DNA from: Rebecca billardiae RCC1528 | Lineage: Eukaryota; Protista; Haptophyta | Length of the DNA: 64,000 nt | NCBI GenBank assembly: GCA_965240325.2 | Contig: OZ251233.1 | Span: 1,674,001-1,738,000, forward strand | Direction: 5' to 3' | Shown: piece after piece, positions 32,734 to 45,805 of the stretch | Position numbering within the stretch: the stretch's first letter is position 1 | Layout of the letters: every line of letters begins with the position of its first letter | Notes under the pieces: generated by a model | What the model was told of the DNA's origin: nothing | Seen by the model: only the letters and a program-made list of their open reading frames with translations | Databases searched by the model: none | Translations under genes and position numbers: made by a program

Positions 32734-35700
32734 GGCTCTGGCTCCGGTTGACCCCTGCCAGTCCGGTCATAGAAACCGGGCGTACCGAAAATGATCTTCG
32801 CATTCCTGCGGCCGAATGAACGCCCGAAGGCGAAGTGCCCCACGGGGCCCGAAGTAGGGTTGCTATCTATGGATGGCCAATAAGTGCCCAGGGTGTGAAA
32901 CTCAGTTTGTGACTACTTCAGACTCTATTTTTCATAGCTATTTACCCAGTCCGGTGACACATTTCCAATAGCTACGGGTGCATCCGGATCGCTCCCGGAC
33001 CGTGTTCTGACCAGAGTCTGAAATGGGTAAATACATACTCATAGTAAAAATAGCTAGTCTGAACTATAGACTCATCTTAGAGAAAGTGCTTGTCGGCCCA
33101 ATAATAAAACTGTGCCCTGGCGGGCGGGGGGGTCGGCGGGCCGTGCCAGTGCTGTCGCAATATTTCCTCTGCGGGTTCGCGTCTTTCATCCACATTCGCT
33201 CGTGGCCGTGGGTGACGGACAGTCCGAGGGCGAGGACCAGTGACACCTGAAGGCTGAAGTTCTCCCACGTGTACACGTCCCGATGTACTCTGTGCGCATC
33301 AGCGAGGCCCACACCCACGAGGGAATGTGCAGCACGCGGGGCGGGGAGGGTAGCCCGTTGCTCCGCGCGAGCGCGGGTACGCGCTGTATGTGCCGCATCT
33401 CGACCGCGATGGCGTAATCGAGCGCCTCGCCGCCGACGAAGCCGCCAGAGTAGATCATGTGCGCATGTCCTCCTGACGCCAGCCGAGAGCGGTCGTCGCG
33501 AGGATGCTTGCCGATGTCCGCTCCGGGCACGATGGGCTAGGCGCAGGTCGCGCTGACGTCGTACACGGCCGCCACGCTGAGCACGAGCGCGTTGACGTTC
33601 ACGCGGTTGTCGCTCTTCGCCTCTTCGACAGGTCTGGCGCCCGCGTGCTCGGCGGCACGAGGAGCTGTTGGTTGTGCGCGCGCGCGCGCACAGCGACAGC
33701 GTGTGCCACTCGCGATCGAGAGTGGGCACGAGCTGGTCACGCGGGCACACGAATCGCAGCGCATCCGTCACCGGCGTGACGACTTCCGCCTCGTCCCGCA
33801 GCGCCTGCGCCATGGACGAGGATGGCGCGGCGATGTTGCATGCTCGACGTTTCATCTCTCTGCGGATGGCATCACGGGCTTGTCTGTGTCGCGCTGCGGC
33901 GAGGGTCGCCAATTCGCAAAGACGCGGCTGCTGCCTTGGCGATAGACCCGGGAGGTGCGTCCGCTGCGCGTCGTGCGCTTCCGTCGCATTGGTCACCGTG
34001 GACGCCATGCACGCCGGACGTGGGCTTCGGCTGAGGGACCGCGAGCGACAGTCCGGTGCGCGGATTCCGGCGATCGAGTTCAGAAGGCGCGCCAATCTTG
34101 CGTCGCGTGCGATGGCGCTTCCCGCCCGCGAGACACCTCGTGATGAGGGCCTTTCCGCACCGAGCCCGACGCGCGGCGGTGGATCGCGCGAGGTGGTTGT
34201 CGAGCGCAGCGCTTGCTACTATGACCCGTGCGAGCGTTCGACGTGCAAGTCGGGCGAGGACCGCCCCAGGTCGCACGATCGTGTCGACGCGCCGAGCGTA
34301 CCTCCAGACGCGTCGACTTTGGCCCTCGTTTGACCTGCACGCGAGACGACGAGGGCAGCAATCGCGAATCGGGCGAAAAACCCCCTCGGGAGTCCTCGCG
34401 CGATGTCCGCGCCGGCGTTGGATTTGGCGCGCGCCGCCCATGCGCTCCGCGCCATCGGGGAGATGTTTTCGGCTGAGCGTCCCCAGTGGGAGCTGCGAGG
34501 GCGCCCGGTAGTGAGCGAAGCGATTTCCTTTTCTCTGCGAGGCGATTTTCTTTTTCCTTTTTCTTTTTCTTATCTTTTCCCCGGGCACTACAAGGGGCGG
34601 ACCTACCCGTACGGCCCGCCATATATCGGCTCTGAAGTCATTAGTCAATAGCGTCTTAACCCCTATTGTGGAACGGACCCCTATTGTGGAACGGCGCCAG
34701 TTTTTCCTATGTAGAGCTCGGATGTCGCGGAGGCGATGAGATCGGCGGCTACCGCCGTGTGCGCCTGGCCAAGGCGCGTCCAACGAGCCCAAGAACGTCG
34801 CCATAGCCCCACCCCAGCGCCGTCCGCTGCCGATCGTTTGCTGGAGTCAGAGCTGAGAATCTGGTGTGAAAAAATGGTTTTCGGCTCCTGTAGGCCGAAG
34901 CTTCGGCTGGGAGGGCGCGCACGGTATTTTTGGGAGCTCCCCGAAAGCAGCCCGGGCAGGGAATCAAGCCGGCTTGCCGCTGCCGCACTCGTGGATGGAG
35001 CGCGAGTGACACGAATTGGGTCAGGTCAGCATGGCTGATTCCTGGGTTGGAGGGTCGAGGACGCCCCGCCGCGGCGGGGGGCGGTGCGGCGGCGCGAGCT
35101 GACTGGTGGCGATGATGAACGCGTAGCCGAAGGTGCCGGACCGTCAGGCGACGCCCAACCCCGCAAAGCAGCTTCATCGCCTGCCGACCGCGCGAGAGCC
35201 GCGCCGCGTTAAGCGGCTGGGCGCGAGTGGACTACGACCCGCCGGATGCAGCCATCAGGGACTGTGTGTCGAGCGGGGAGCTGGCGTGAGGGCACAGCTG
35301 TCGCCGACTTCGGCTCATATGCCGTGACAACGGGCCACGCTCTGTCGGATGGTGAAGGACCCGACCAGCCCGTCGAGGCCGCTGGGGCTGAAGTCGCGGC
35401 TGAGCGGCTGTGACGGTCGAGCAGATGCACACCGACCAGGTCGTGGAGATAGCGCTGCTCGGCTTCGCGCCGACCACGCGGCAGGTCTGCATCGATGCGG
35501 CGCTTCTCTTCCTGCGTAGCGGCGCGCCCTTCTCGACGCTCTCCAGCATGCCCTGGAAGCGGTGGTGTCGGCGGCGGCTCAGGCGCCACGCGAAGGCGAG
35601 CGAGCGTCGATGACGGACACACTCGTCGACCGCCACTCATCGTGGAGAGGGTTCGCGCGGGCAAGACGTGCCCCCCGGCGGCTGCGGGGTCGAGGGCGGG

Positions 35701-36149
35701 TGCCCACACCACCAGCGCGCCGGCGAGCGCCAGTGGGCCGACTGCGAACGCTCAGGAGCCAGCAGTGGCACCGTCCTGAGCGAGGAACCAAAATCGTTCC
35801 ACAATAGGGGTCAGTCGACCCGTCGACGCACCCCGCGGGCGCGCGCGCGCGCGCGCGCGCGCGCGGGCGAGTTCCGAGTTGCGCACCCTCAAGGGTGTAT
35901 GGTCCCTTCGGTAGGACCCATGGCCAGCACCTGACACCTTTAAGATCGCTCGCCGAGCCGCACTACCTCGCCCTAGGGGCGGAAAACCCGAAAATCGTTC
36001 CACAATAGGGGTTAAGACGTTAGTCATCATCTAGGCATCCATTGAAGTCCTCCTGACCCTGATCACTCACCCTGTGCAGTTTTCACGAGTGACTTCATGA
36101 AGGAGCTCACAGTGCCCGTCTCTGGCAGGGGTCAACCGAAGCCAGAGCC
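32734..36149. mobile_element. 3.4-kb TIR DNA transposon derivative with GTCT target-site duplication, same family as 20147-20623
   Basis: 28-bp TIR (27/28 match) GGCTCTGGCTCCGGTTGACCCCTGCCAG at 32734-32761 and 36122-36149, flanked by GTCT on both sides; 32917-33063 is homologous (inverted) to 20311-20451. Confidence 0.8.
34652..36019. mobile_element. Nested 1.37-kb non-autonomous TIR element (piggyBac-like TTAA-CCCC ends, or TA-flanked)
   Basis: Perfect 24-bp inverted repeat CGTCTTAACCCCTATTGTGGAACG at both ends; the core motif recurs subterminally at 34677-34693 and 35795-35811. Confidence 0.8.
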
Positions 36150-36170
36150 GTCTACTACGTACGAGTACGA

Positions 36171-37661
36171 CTACGAGTAGCCTGGGAAGAAGACGTGGTG
36201 GAAGAATGTTGTGGACATCAGCGTTGGAGTGCCGCCGTGCGGCGCGCCGCACGCGTGCTCAGTGGCCACCGACTCGAGCCAACTCGTGTGCTCCTCCTCG
36301 CCGAAGCGCGGGAAATCGGCACGGCTCGCCGCCGAGCCGTGGCCAACGCTCGTTGTGCCATTCGCAGCCACGCTTGCATCGGGCGCGCTCGAGGTCGGCC
36401 CACCAGCAGCTGGCGCGCCCTCGAAGCTCGGCGAGCTGTTCGCCGCCGCGCCCTGGCCCGCGCCGAGCCTAGCCGCCACGTCCGGAGGTGCGACCAGCCT
36501 CCAGTAGAGGTGGCTCCCGTGCCGCGTCTCCGGCAGCAGGTCGGCAGTCTGGGCGGGCGGCAGCGAGATGGGATCCCCGACGAAAGGCGAGAGCCCTGGC
36601 TGTAATGCGCACCGCCCACTCCGCACGGAGGCGCCCGCCCCATCCGCAGGGGCCACAGCCTGCTGCACACGCGGATCGGGCGGCGCTCTCGAGCGCGGCG
36701 GCGAGGCGGGCGGCGCGCGATCGTGCTCGGCCACCGCCCCACCCACCGGCTGGAGCTCGCGGCTCGCAGCGCGCGCGCCGGCCTGGTCGGGCGGCACTGG
36801 CTCTTTCGGCGCGCCGCACACACGCAGGAACGCGTGCCCCCGCGCTGCCGCGCTCGCGCTGGCTGCCGCGAGAGCCGGAGGCATGGCACGTGCACCGGGC
36901 GCGGGCATGGCCGGCGGTGGCATGGGCGCTGTGGGTGTGTGCGCCACCTCGGGCGTAGTGCCCGGTGCGGAACCAGGCAGCGACGGCTTGGGCGGAGGGC
37001 AAGCCGCTGCCGTCCTGGCTGTGCCGCCTCCGCCCTGCGCTGCGCCGTCTGCCAGCCCGCTCGCACGCTGGGTGGTGCCATCCGCGTCGGTGCCTGCCAC
37101 GTCCACGTGGCTAGCGTCCACCGGCTCGGTCGCAGGCGCGTTCTCCTCCGCGTCGTCGGCGGTGAGATCGATCGTCGTCACGGGTGCGCCTGCGGCCAGT
37201 GCGCCAGCACGCATGCGCGGGGTGGGAACCGTGTTGTCATCTCTCGCAGCGCCGTGCAAAGCCACTGGAGCGACGGGCTCAGACGCGCTGCTGTTGTCGG
37301 TGGCCGCCGTGCCCCAGCACAGGTGAGAGCCAGCGCCGAAGAGGTGTATGGAGACGGTACGCAGAGACTCGGCCTCTGCATCGACCGGAAGTACCCGCGC
37401 GGCCTTTTGTGCCACCGCGGGAGCGTCTGGCGCCATGAGTTTGATGCGCGGCGAGTCCAGAGCAATGTGCTCGTCCCAACGAGATGACCATCCCTTGTAG
37501 TGCACGAGCACCGTGCGGTTCGCGAAGTCGCTGCCGATCACTTTGGCTTCGACCCAGCTTCCGTACGTGTCGAGACACAGCAGCGGCCAGAAGCTGTTGT
37601 CGGACGGGCTCACGCCCAGATCTCGTGCCCACCAGTCAAGCGGGGGGTTATCGTCCGCCAT
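36171..37661 (-). CDS. Tudor-knot/chromo-barrel (MBT-like) domain protein with long disordered region
   Basis: CLDTYGSWVEAKVI...VLVHYKGWSSRWDEHIALDSPRI. Confidence 0.65.
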   Translation of the reverse strand: MADDNPPLDWWARDLGVSPSDNSFWPLLCLDTYGSWVEAKVIGSDFANRTVLVHYKGWSSRWDEHIALDSPRIKLMAPDAPAVAQKAARVLPVDAEAESLRTVSIHLFGAGSHLCWGTAATDNSSASEPVAPVALHGAARDDNTVPTPRMRAGALAAGAPVTTIDLTADDAEENAPATEPVDASHVDVAGTDADGTTQRASGLADGAAQGGGGTARTAAACPPPKPSLPGSAPGTTPEVAHTPTAPMPPPAMPAPGARAMPPALAAASASAAARGHAFLRVCGAPKEPVPPDQAGARAASRELQPVGGAVAEHDRAPPASPPRSRAPPDPRVQQAVAPADGAGASVRSGRCALQPGLSPFVGDPISLPPAQTADLLPETRHGSHLYWRLVAPPDVAARLGAGQGAAANSSPSFEGAPAAGGPTSSAPDASVAANGTTSVGHGSAASRADFPRFGEEEHTSWLESVATEHACGAPHGGTPTLMSTTFFHHVFFPGYS

Positions 37662-38002
37662 GTTGCTACGGTCGACCGAGTGCACGTAGCCCGCTCGACC
37701 TCGAACGAGTCGTCAGCCAGCAGCCGTCACCAAACGCGCGCGGCGGCGCTGCTCGCGGCCGACACCCACCCAGGCGAGGCCTAGCGGCTAGCCGCGGCTC
37801 GTCTCGGGTGCGTTGCTTCGAACCCGGCTACTACCAGTAGGTAGCAGGCTGCTGCGGCGGCGGGCAATAATTGAATGCACCGGATGCGGACGAAACGGTA
37901 CGAATCCGATGAAAGACGAGGCACTTTTGTTCTTGTAAATGGTTTTACCCGCTACTATCGGATCTCCACGGGACCTGCAGCTTGCTCGCCGTGGACAGCT
38001 GC

Positions 38003-38659
38003 TCACGCGCCTACGCCCACGCCTAGCGGCTGACAGCAGCGCTTCCACCAGGCCTGGGCCCAACCGGCCTTGGAGACCAGCACTGCGACGATCCACGCCA
38101 CCGCTGAGGCAACCCACGGCACGAGCCGCGCCCGCGCCTGACGTGCGCGCAGCTCTTTCAGCTCTGACTTGAGCGCAAGCTCGCGCTCCGCCCAGCTGTC
38201 TTGATGATCGTTCAGGACAGCTTCGAGCACGCGCACGCGCTCGTCAGCCTCGCGACGCAGCCGCTGCTCGAGTGCGCGCCCATTCGCCTCAAGCGAGGCG
38301 ATGCGCGCCTCTGCTGCAGATGCACGCGCCTCGGCGCGATTGAGCTCAGATAGCCGCGCGGTGAGCGCGGCGTCTTTCGCGCGCAGCTCCTCCTCGAGGC
38401 GCTCGGCCATGCCCACCTTGAGCATCTGCCGAAACGCGCCGAAGGATTCTTCGCGTGCTCGAGAGAGCTCAGCGCGCATCGCTTCGCGGCTGGCGCCGGC
38501 GTCAGCAGGTGATGACGCCAACACCACGGATCGTGGCATTCGAGTGCGATGAGCTGTGCGCATGAGTGGGGCGCCCCGCCGCGCCGCGTGCGCACCCTGA
38601 GCGAGCCAGCTCAACGCGATACACGCCGCCGCCAACCATGATGCAGCTGATGAGCCCAT
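38003..38659 (-). CDS. Coiled-coil protein with signal peptide (possibly bipartite plastid leader) and C-terminal hydrophobic helix
   Basis: WLAAACIALSWLAQGAHA followed by an Arg-rich stretch, heptad region and LVPWVASAVAWIVAVLV. Confidence 0.65.
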   Translation of the reverse strand: MGSSAASWLAAACIALSWLAQGAHAARRGAPLMRTAHRTRMPRSVVLASSPADAGASREAMRAELSRAREESFGAFRQMLKVGMAERLEEELRAKDAALTARLSELNRAEARASAAEARIASLEANGRALEQRLRREADERVRVLEAVLNDHQDSWAERELALKSELKELRARQARARLVPWVASAVAWIVAVLVSKAGWAQAWWKRCCQPLGVGVGA

Positions 38660-38979
38660 GAGCTGCTCGGCGATCGCGAATGACTGCGTGAATCTCCACG
38701 GCCGGCGCAGCGCAACCCCGCCACCCCGGACTTTCACGCGCCAACGCGCGACTCCCCTTGGCCAGTCCGCCGCCAGGCCTGCCCGGCCGGGCGGCGGCCC
38801 CCGGACCGTGCAGATTTGTTATTTCGCCGCCAACATGCGCCGATGCTCGGTGCATTGGGCAGCCACTGAAGGCTCGAAGGCGAGAGGCAGGGCGCGAGGT
38901 GCGCGGGCGCGCGCACCATCGAGCAAGTGCGGCGTCGCTTGGTGTGGCACACTCCAAAGAGTGGCAAGGGAGCGATGCA

Positions 38980-40534
38980 CATGGCGTTGCGCCTCGCGCT
39001 CTCCGCTGTGTTCTCCGCCGTGGCCGTCGCCGGCGTGTCCGTGGAAGTGCCGCTCAAGTACCGTCCTCTGCGCGTGCCGCGAGGCCAGCCGGGGCCCAAG
39101 CTCGTCGCCGTGCTGCACCCGGGGACATTCAAGACAGGGAGCTCGACGATTCAGGACGCGATCATCTCGCGCACGGAGGTGAACAAAACCGCCATCGCCC
39201 GCCTCCTCGCGGGCGAGGGACTGCGCGCCAGTGCCGGCCCGGCGGTCGTGCTGCCGCGCATCCCTGGCACGTGGACTGGTCCGCTCAACCACGCGAACCT
39301 CGCGGTGTACCTGCAGTACAAGGTGCCTGAGAGCTCGTGGACGACGCTGACCGACTTTCTCGCGTCGGCCTCGCGCAACTGGTCGCACGTGCTCATCTCG
39401 TCCGAGTTCCTCGCGCAGCCGGGCGTGCCGAACGCGCCGCTGATCAACGCGCTCCAGCCGACGTGGAGCGTGCGCGTCGTGCTCGTGTACCGCCGCTTCT
39501 TCTCGTGGCTGGTCTCGGTGCACTACCAGAAGTACAAGTTCCGCAAGCGCATCGGCACGCGCGCGGGGGACTACCGCTCGCTCGTCGAGTTCCTCTCGAT
39601 CGAGCACATGCGCAACGAGTCGCGCGGCGTGTGGTCGGGCGCCGCCTTTGACCGCTACACCCAGTTCCCGGGCGTGACGGTGCAGCTGCTCAACATGCAC
39701 GACACCTCGCACCGCAGCGGCTCGCTGATCGCCGCGTTCGTGTGCGACTACCTGCCCGGGCCCGGCGCGGAGCAGGCGTGCCGCTGGCTCACGCAGACCA
39801 CCAACGGCAAGAAGGTCGCGACCCTCAAGGCGAACACCGGCGGCGCGGGCAACCACATCCACCTCGTGGAGCTCGCGTTTGCCGCCACGCGCCGCGGCGC
39901 GCTGCCGCCGTACGCGTACAACCTGACGTCGTCGCACGTGGTGGCGCACCTCAAGCGCCACCTGGTGAACGCGACGCTCCCGACGGTGTGCATCACGCAG
40001 GCGCAGCGCGAGTTCCTGTGGGAGCTCTCCAAGTCGGAGGAGGCGCGGCTGCTCCCGCACTGGCACGACCCGCTCGACATGCGCGCCGCCTTCAACGCCG
40101 ACGTCGGGCGCAAGAAGTTCTGCTCGGTCGACGCGACGGCGGCGCTGGCGAACGAGACCATCTTGCGCGTGGTGGAGACCGTGCCGCGCCCTCGCCGCCG
40201 CCGGCGCGTCAACGGCACGCTCACGACCGCGAACGGCACGGCGTACCTCGCTGCTCGAGGCCCGGTGGAGCGCGCGCGAGAGCGGCGCTCGCGAGCGAGC
40301 ATCCTGGCCGCGCACGGCGCAAACCTGAGCGAAGCCACGGGCTCGCGTGGTCTGGCTGAGATCGAGCGCGCGCTGACGCTGCTCGGTGTGGGCGCAGACT
40401 CGCCGGTGGAAGATGTCAACGCGACGGCCGAGAACAGCGCCGGCGGCCGAGGGAGCCTCGGCACCACGGCGTGGCATTGGCTGAGTGACGTGCTGCGCTC
40501 GATCGAGGGCTGGAGCGCGCGCCTGCTGCAGTGA
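38980..40534 (+). CDS. Secreted P-loop/sulfotransferase-like protein
   Basis: Signal peptide; VLHPGTFKTGSSTIQ, LISSEFL and VVLVYRRFFSWLVS motifs; strong coding-type codon bias. Confidence 0.7.
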
Positions 40535-40893
40535 GTCTCAGCCAGCCTTGCAGCAGCTAGGTCTTCACGTTTGACAAAGCGAGACACTGATGATCATAGA
40601 TAGATGAGTGCGCGGATGACGGCGGTTCCTTCGTTCGCGGCCGATGGGCGTTGACCGCCTGTCGTCGGCGGCCCCCACGCAGGCCGCACAGTGACCCTGC
40701 ACATGGCACTATTGGCAGCCAAGGTCATCGCTGCAGCGCTTGTGCATCGTCTTCGGTCTTGCAGTGGCGGTGGCAGCCATCGCTCGGCCGTGCCTCGGCT
40801 GGACGTGAGTGCCACGCTCGAGAGTGCACGCTCGGCCTCTGCGGCCGCAGGACGGTCCCGTGGCGAGGGCCAGCCGCGTGTGCTGGCCCTACC

Positions 40894-41381
40894 ATGGGCA
40901 GTCCCAGCCTTAGTGCAACACCCGCCGTGCTTGTTGGCGTGTGCATCGCCGCTGTGCTCGCCGCGGCGTTGCTTGGATGCTGCGTGTACCGAGGAGTGCA
41001 TTGGTGGCGAGGCCGGAGGAGATTGGACACGCAGAAGCGGCTCGCGGACATCGAGCTCGAGTTTGCGACCGACGATGACGACGACGAGCTTCTCCAGTGC
41101 GTGCGTGCGTCCCGCTTCGCGCCGACCCAACCCCACACCTTCTCACCCGTGTACCCAACGCGCGCATGCCGCTGTCGTCGCGCAGTGCCGGGGTGGCGAT
41201 AGATGACGAATGGAGCTGTATCGACACTCGAGCTGAGGAGTCGTCAGCGCCGACGCCGCTTCCCGCCACTGGACGGAAGTTCTCTGCGTTGCCGACCGCA
41301 GGAAGTGATGATGGCAACAGCGATGTGCCACACAGCCGAGCGTCTGCGCCGGCCTCCAACTCGGCGACCCCAACCCGCTGA
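40894..41381 (+). CDS. Small single-pass membrane protein; intron 41097-41185 (start uncertain)
   Basis: TM helix AVLVGVCIAAVLAAALLGCC, basic juxtamembrane segment, acidic tail; GTGCGT...CGCAG intron restores the frame. Confidence 0.5.
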
Positions 41382-42384
41382 TGCTGAGTGAGACACACTG
41401 CACCACGAGCGCAGCAGAGGACGGTCCATGAGCGCATGGAGGAGCGTCTCACGGACACATTGCGGCTCGACGCCTGGAGGACGGTGATCTGGTCAGTCCG
41501 GGAAGCGGCACCGCCACCGGCAGCATGGAGCTTCTAGTGGACCCGCTGGACCGCCGGAACTGCGCTGACATGAGTCACGTGATGAGCCACAAGTCACGAG
41601 TCGCGTCGAATCGGCGCCACCGTGGCCGTCGTACTGTACGACGTACAGCTTATTACCCGAAGGCGCGCAGCTCTCCCAGGACCGAGTGCCGCCGTGAGTA
41701 GTGGCCGGCGGCAGTGCGGCTGCGCCCGCACGCCGTGTGCCTGTACGACTGGGCGCCGTGACGTCGGCCTCACTCACGTCGTCTATCTATAGACGTCGTC
41801 CGCGACGACGCGGTCAGCGGTGTGACACACGGTGTCACTAGTCGGTCCGGTACGACTGTCACACCGACTGGTCAGACGCGGATTCGGAACGGCCGCTCCA
41901 GTGAGAACACTGACGAACAGCACACACATATATATATATATATATATACACATATATATATATATGTGCTGTTATTGGTACAATAACTGAGTGTGTACGA
42001 GCTGCATGACGGAGGGGCTCGCTGTGAGGCCTCTGCACTCCACTTACCTGTTTCGTCGCAGCCGCCCTCGCAGAATTTCAGGACTCTTCTGCGGGTACGC
42101 CGCGGGTGCACGAGCAAAGTGCCCCGAGTGCCAGAGCGGCGGACGAACCAGCCATGCTGCTGCCCCCGGGCATTCGGCAAGTCATCGGCGCGAGCACCGC
42201 CTCGCTTCTCGAGCAGCGAGCTGGGAATCGGCAGCGCACAACCTGAGCGCGCCAGGTACCTCTCGCCTCGTCCTTCGACCACAGGATGCCCACCATCAAC
42301 TCGTCTCAGCAAGTTGTCCCTCGGCTGCGCACGAGTGCACCACGCAGCAGCGCAGCAGCAAACGACCAGCAGCTGCTTTGTTTG

Positions 42385-43166
<782 letters not shown>

Positions 43167-43167
<1 letters not shown>

Positions 43168-45788
43168 TGCATGCAGCGATCGGGAGGGATCGTACGCGCG
43201 GCGCTTTCTCATCGATCGCGCCGATGAGCACGAGCGGCCGGTACTACGGCTCGGTCGACGTTGGGAGCCTCAACGACAAGGGGATTCAGCAGCGTTGGCT
43301 CGCGCAATCGGCGAGCAAGCTGGCGGCGCTTCCGGCGGGGCAAGGTGCTACGATGTCCGCACTGAACGGCATCATCGTGACGCACGGCCCGAACGCGGAG
43401 CACCGCATCAACACGCTCGAGGAGTACAACTCGACGTGGGAGACATTCAACCCATCCGCTGCCAAGATGATCAAGGTCAGTGCCGAGCGGATGGACCTGG
43501 CGCGTGAGAACTACGCGCTGCAGCAGCGGCTGCTCGACCATCGCCACGAGCACGAGCGCCGCGAGCACGCCGAGCGCCGGGCCGCGGCGGAACGCGCGGC
43601 GGCGGCGGCGGCGGGGGCGAGGCAGGCGCCAAGCTACGCGCAGGCTGCCTCGGCGGGCGCGGGGAGTGGTTTAGCCACTCCGGGTGGCCCGACGGCGACC
43701 GGACCGGGTTCAGGTCCGGCGGCGGGCGGCGGATCCGGAATTTCTCCGGGTCCGGCGGCCGGCACACCCGGTCCGGGTGTGGGCACAGGCGGCGCTGCAG
43801 GTGCGCCGGCTGGGACTGACGGCGCGACGCCTGCGGGCGGCGCCGGCGTCGGCGCGGCGCCTACGGGCGGCGCCGGCGGGATCGGTGGCGCGGCGCCCGC
43901 GGGTGGCGCTGCCGTGACGCTCGATCCGCGCGCGCGCGAGCTCTACCGCCGCGAGCGCGAGACCGAGGAGCAGATGCATGAGCGGCAGGCGAGCGAGCAT
44001 GCTATGCTGGACATCAAGCTCCGACAGAGCGTGTTGGAGGCAGCGCCGGACGGCGACGAGGCGGACCCCGCCAAGTACGCCGGGGCGCAGTACGAGAAAG
44101 GGACGGCTTTCTTACGCACCGAGCTGCGGTCGTGGGTGACGGAGGCTGCGTGGCAGCACATCAACCGCCTCATGGAGACGCAGCCGGAGGTGCAGGAGGA
44201 GCGCGCGCGCCGGGGCGCACTTACGCCGGGGCGCGAGTTTCTGTACCTGTGGAAGACGATCCTGCGCATGCGCAAGCCCGACGACATGCGGAAGTACATG
44301 TCGGTGCGGGCACGCTGGCACCGGACGGTCCTGCCGGATTGCGGCAAGGACGGCGTCGGCGCCCTCGAGCTCTTCCAGGTGCTACAGCACAACCACGTGC
44401 TGCTGCAGGAGCTGAGTGACGCAGCGCCAGCGGCGGAGATGCTTGCGCGGCTCATCGAGTTCATTCCGTCGGTGGGCGCGGGCATCGAGATGCGGACGCG
44501 GTACGAGTCGAAGGACTACAGGACCGTGACGAACTTCGACGTGCAGGAGCTCGTGCACGAGCTCAACGGCAAGTTCGAGGACTGGGACTTCTCCAAGGGC
44601 AAGCGGGTTGACCGCGGCGGCCCTGGGCGCCCAGGGGCGGGTGGCCGCACGCCAGGAGGCGGCGGCGCTACCCGCGCGCACCCAATCGACGGGCTCCGCC
44701 TGGCGCAGGCGGCGGCGGCGTCGGCGGGTGGCGGCGGCGGCGACACGACGTCGCCGGCTGGCCGTGGTGGCGGCGGCGGAGGTCGTGGCGGTGGCGGCGG
44801 CGGCACTGGCCGCGGCGCCGGCCGCGGAGGCCAGGACGACTCCGACGACGCGCACGGGCCGCGCTGCTACAAGTGCGGCGCCGTGGGGCATATCAAGCGT
44901 TATTGCCCGCAGGTGACGCAGGCTGATCGCGACTCGAACGCTGGCGATGACGCGGCGTCGACGCGGTCGGATCGCAGCCGTGGCTCACATCGGAGCGGCG
45001 GTGGCGGTGGCGGCGGCGGTGCGGGGGGCAGCACCCGCGCCGTGGTCGGGAATGGCAACGGCGGCGGCACGGTCCGCACGCAGGTCGCGTTCGCACCCGA
45101 GCAGGGTGACGAGCCCGACGGCGCCGTTGGTGGCGACGGTGACGCTGACGCCGGAGACGGCGGCGGCGCCGGCGCCGGACTCGGCTTGGCGCCTATTGGC
45201 GCGGCTATCGGCGGCAGGGCGCAGCGCGACGAGGACATCGAGATCGTCGCGGCGCGGGCGGCCGAGGCACGCGTGGCGCCGCCGGAGGACAACACGCGGG
45301 CGTTGGTGTTTGACACTGGCGCACGGAAGAACATCGCCATGGCCGAGGATTTGACGAATCTTACCCCGGTGGACGGCGCATGTCAGATCGAGTGGGGGAA
45401 CGGTGCGCGGGAGCGGGTCACTCACCGCGGGACCCTGGTGGTCAAGCTTGCGGCGGACGACGACAGCGACAAGGTCCTCACGCTCGAGATCGAGGCGTGG
45501 GCGTCGCGGCGCGTCACGGCGCCGCTGCTGTCGGTCGAGCACTGCGCGGACGCAGGCATCGAGTTCCACTACTCGCAGCGCGGCAACACTGCGGACTTTA
45601 CGGCGCTGGGAGGCGGCGTCGTGCAGCTGCCGCGCGATTCCACGCTGCGCGCCGAGATTGTACGGCGCCAGGTGGGGCCGGACGTCGGCGATGCGCCGGC
45701 GGAGCAGCGCGCACGGCGCAGGGCGCCAGTGCGGCGCGTGGGCGCGGGGCGGGGGCGCGTTGGCGCTGCGCCGCCCCCAAACGCCTAA
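43167..45788 (+). CDS. gag: Copia Gag-protease ORF (likely start ATG 43224)
   Basis: Zinc knuckle CYKCGAVGHIKRYC; aspartic protease VFDTGA followed by WGNG...GTL and PLLSV. Confidence 0.9.
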
Positions 45789-45805
45789 GCCCGGAACCCG
45801 CGCAG

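Noticed and set aside
34586-34600. CACTACAAG, resembling a CACTA transposon end
   Set aside because: No matching inverted terminus or subterminal repeats found
45380-45805. ORF-track start of pol at 45380
   Set aside because: The first ~140 codons overlap the protease region and look non-coding in this frame; integrase-like sequence begins only after ~45860
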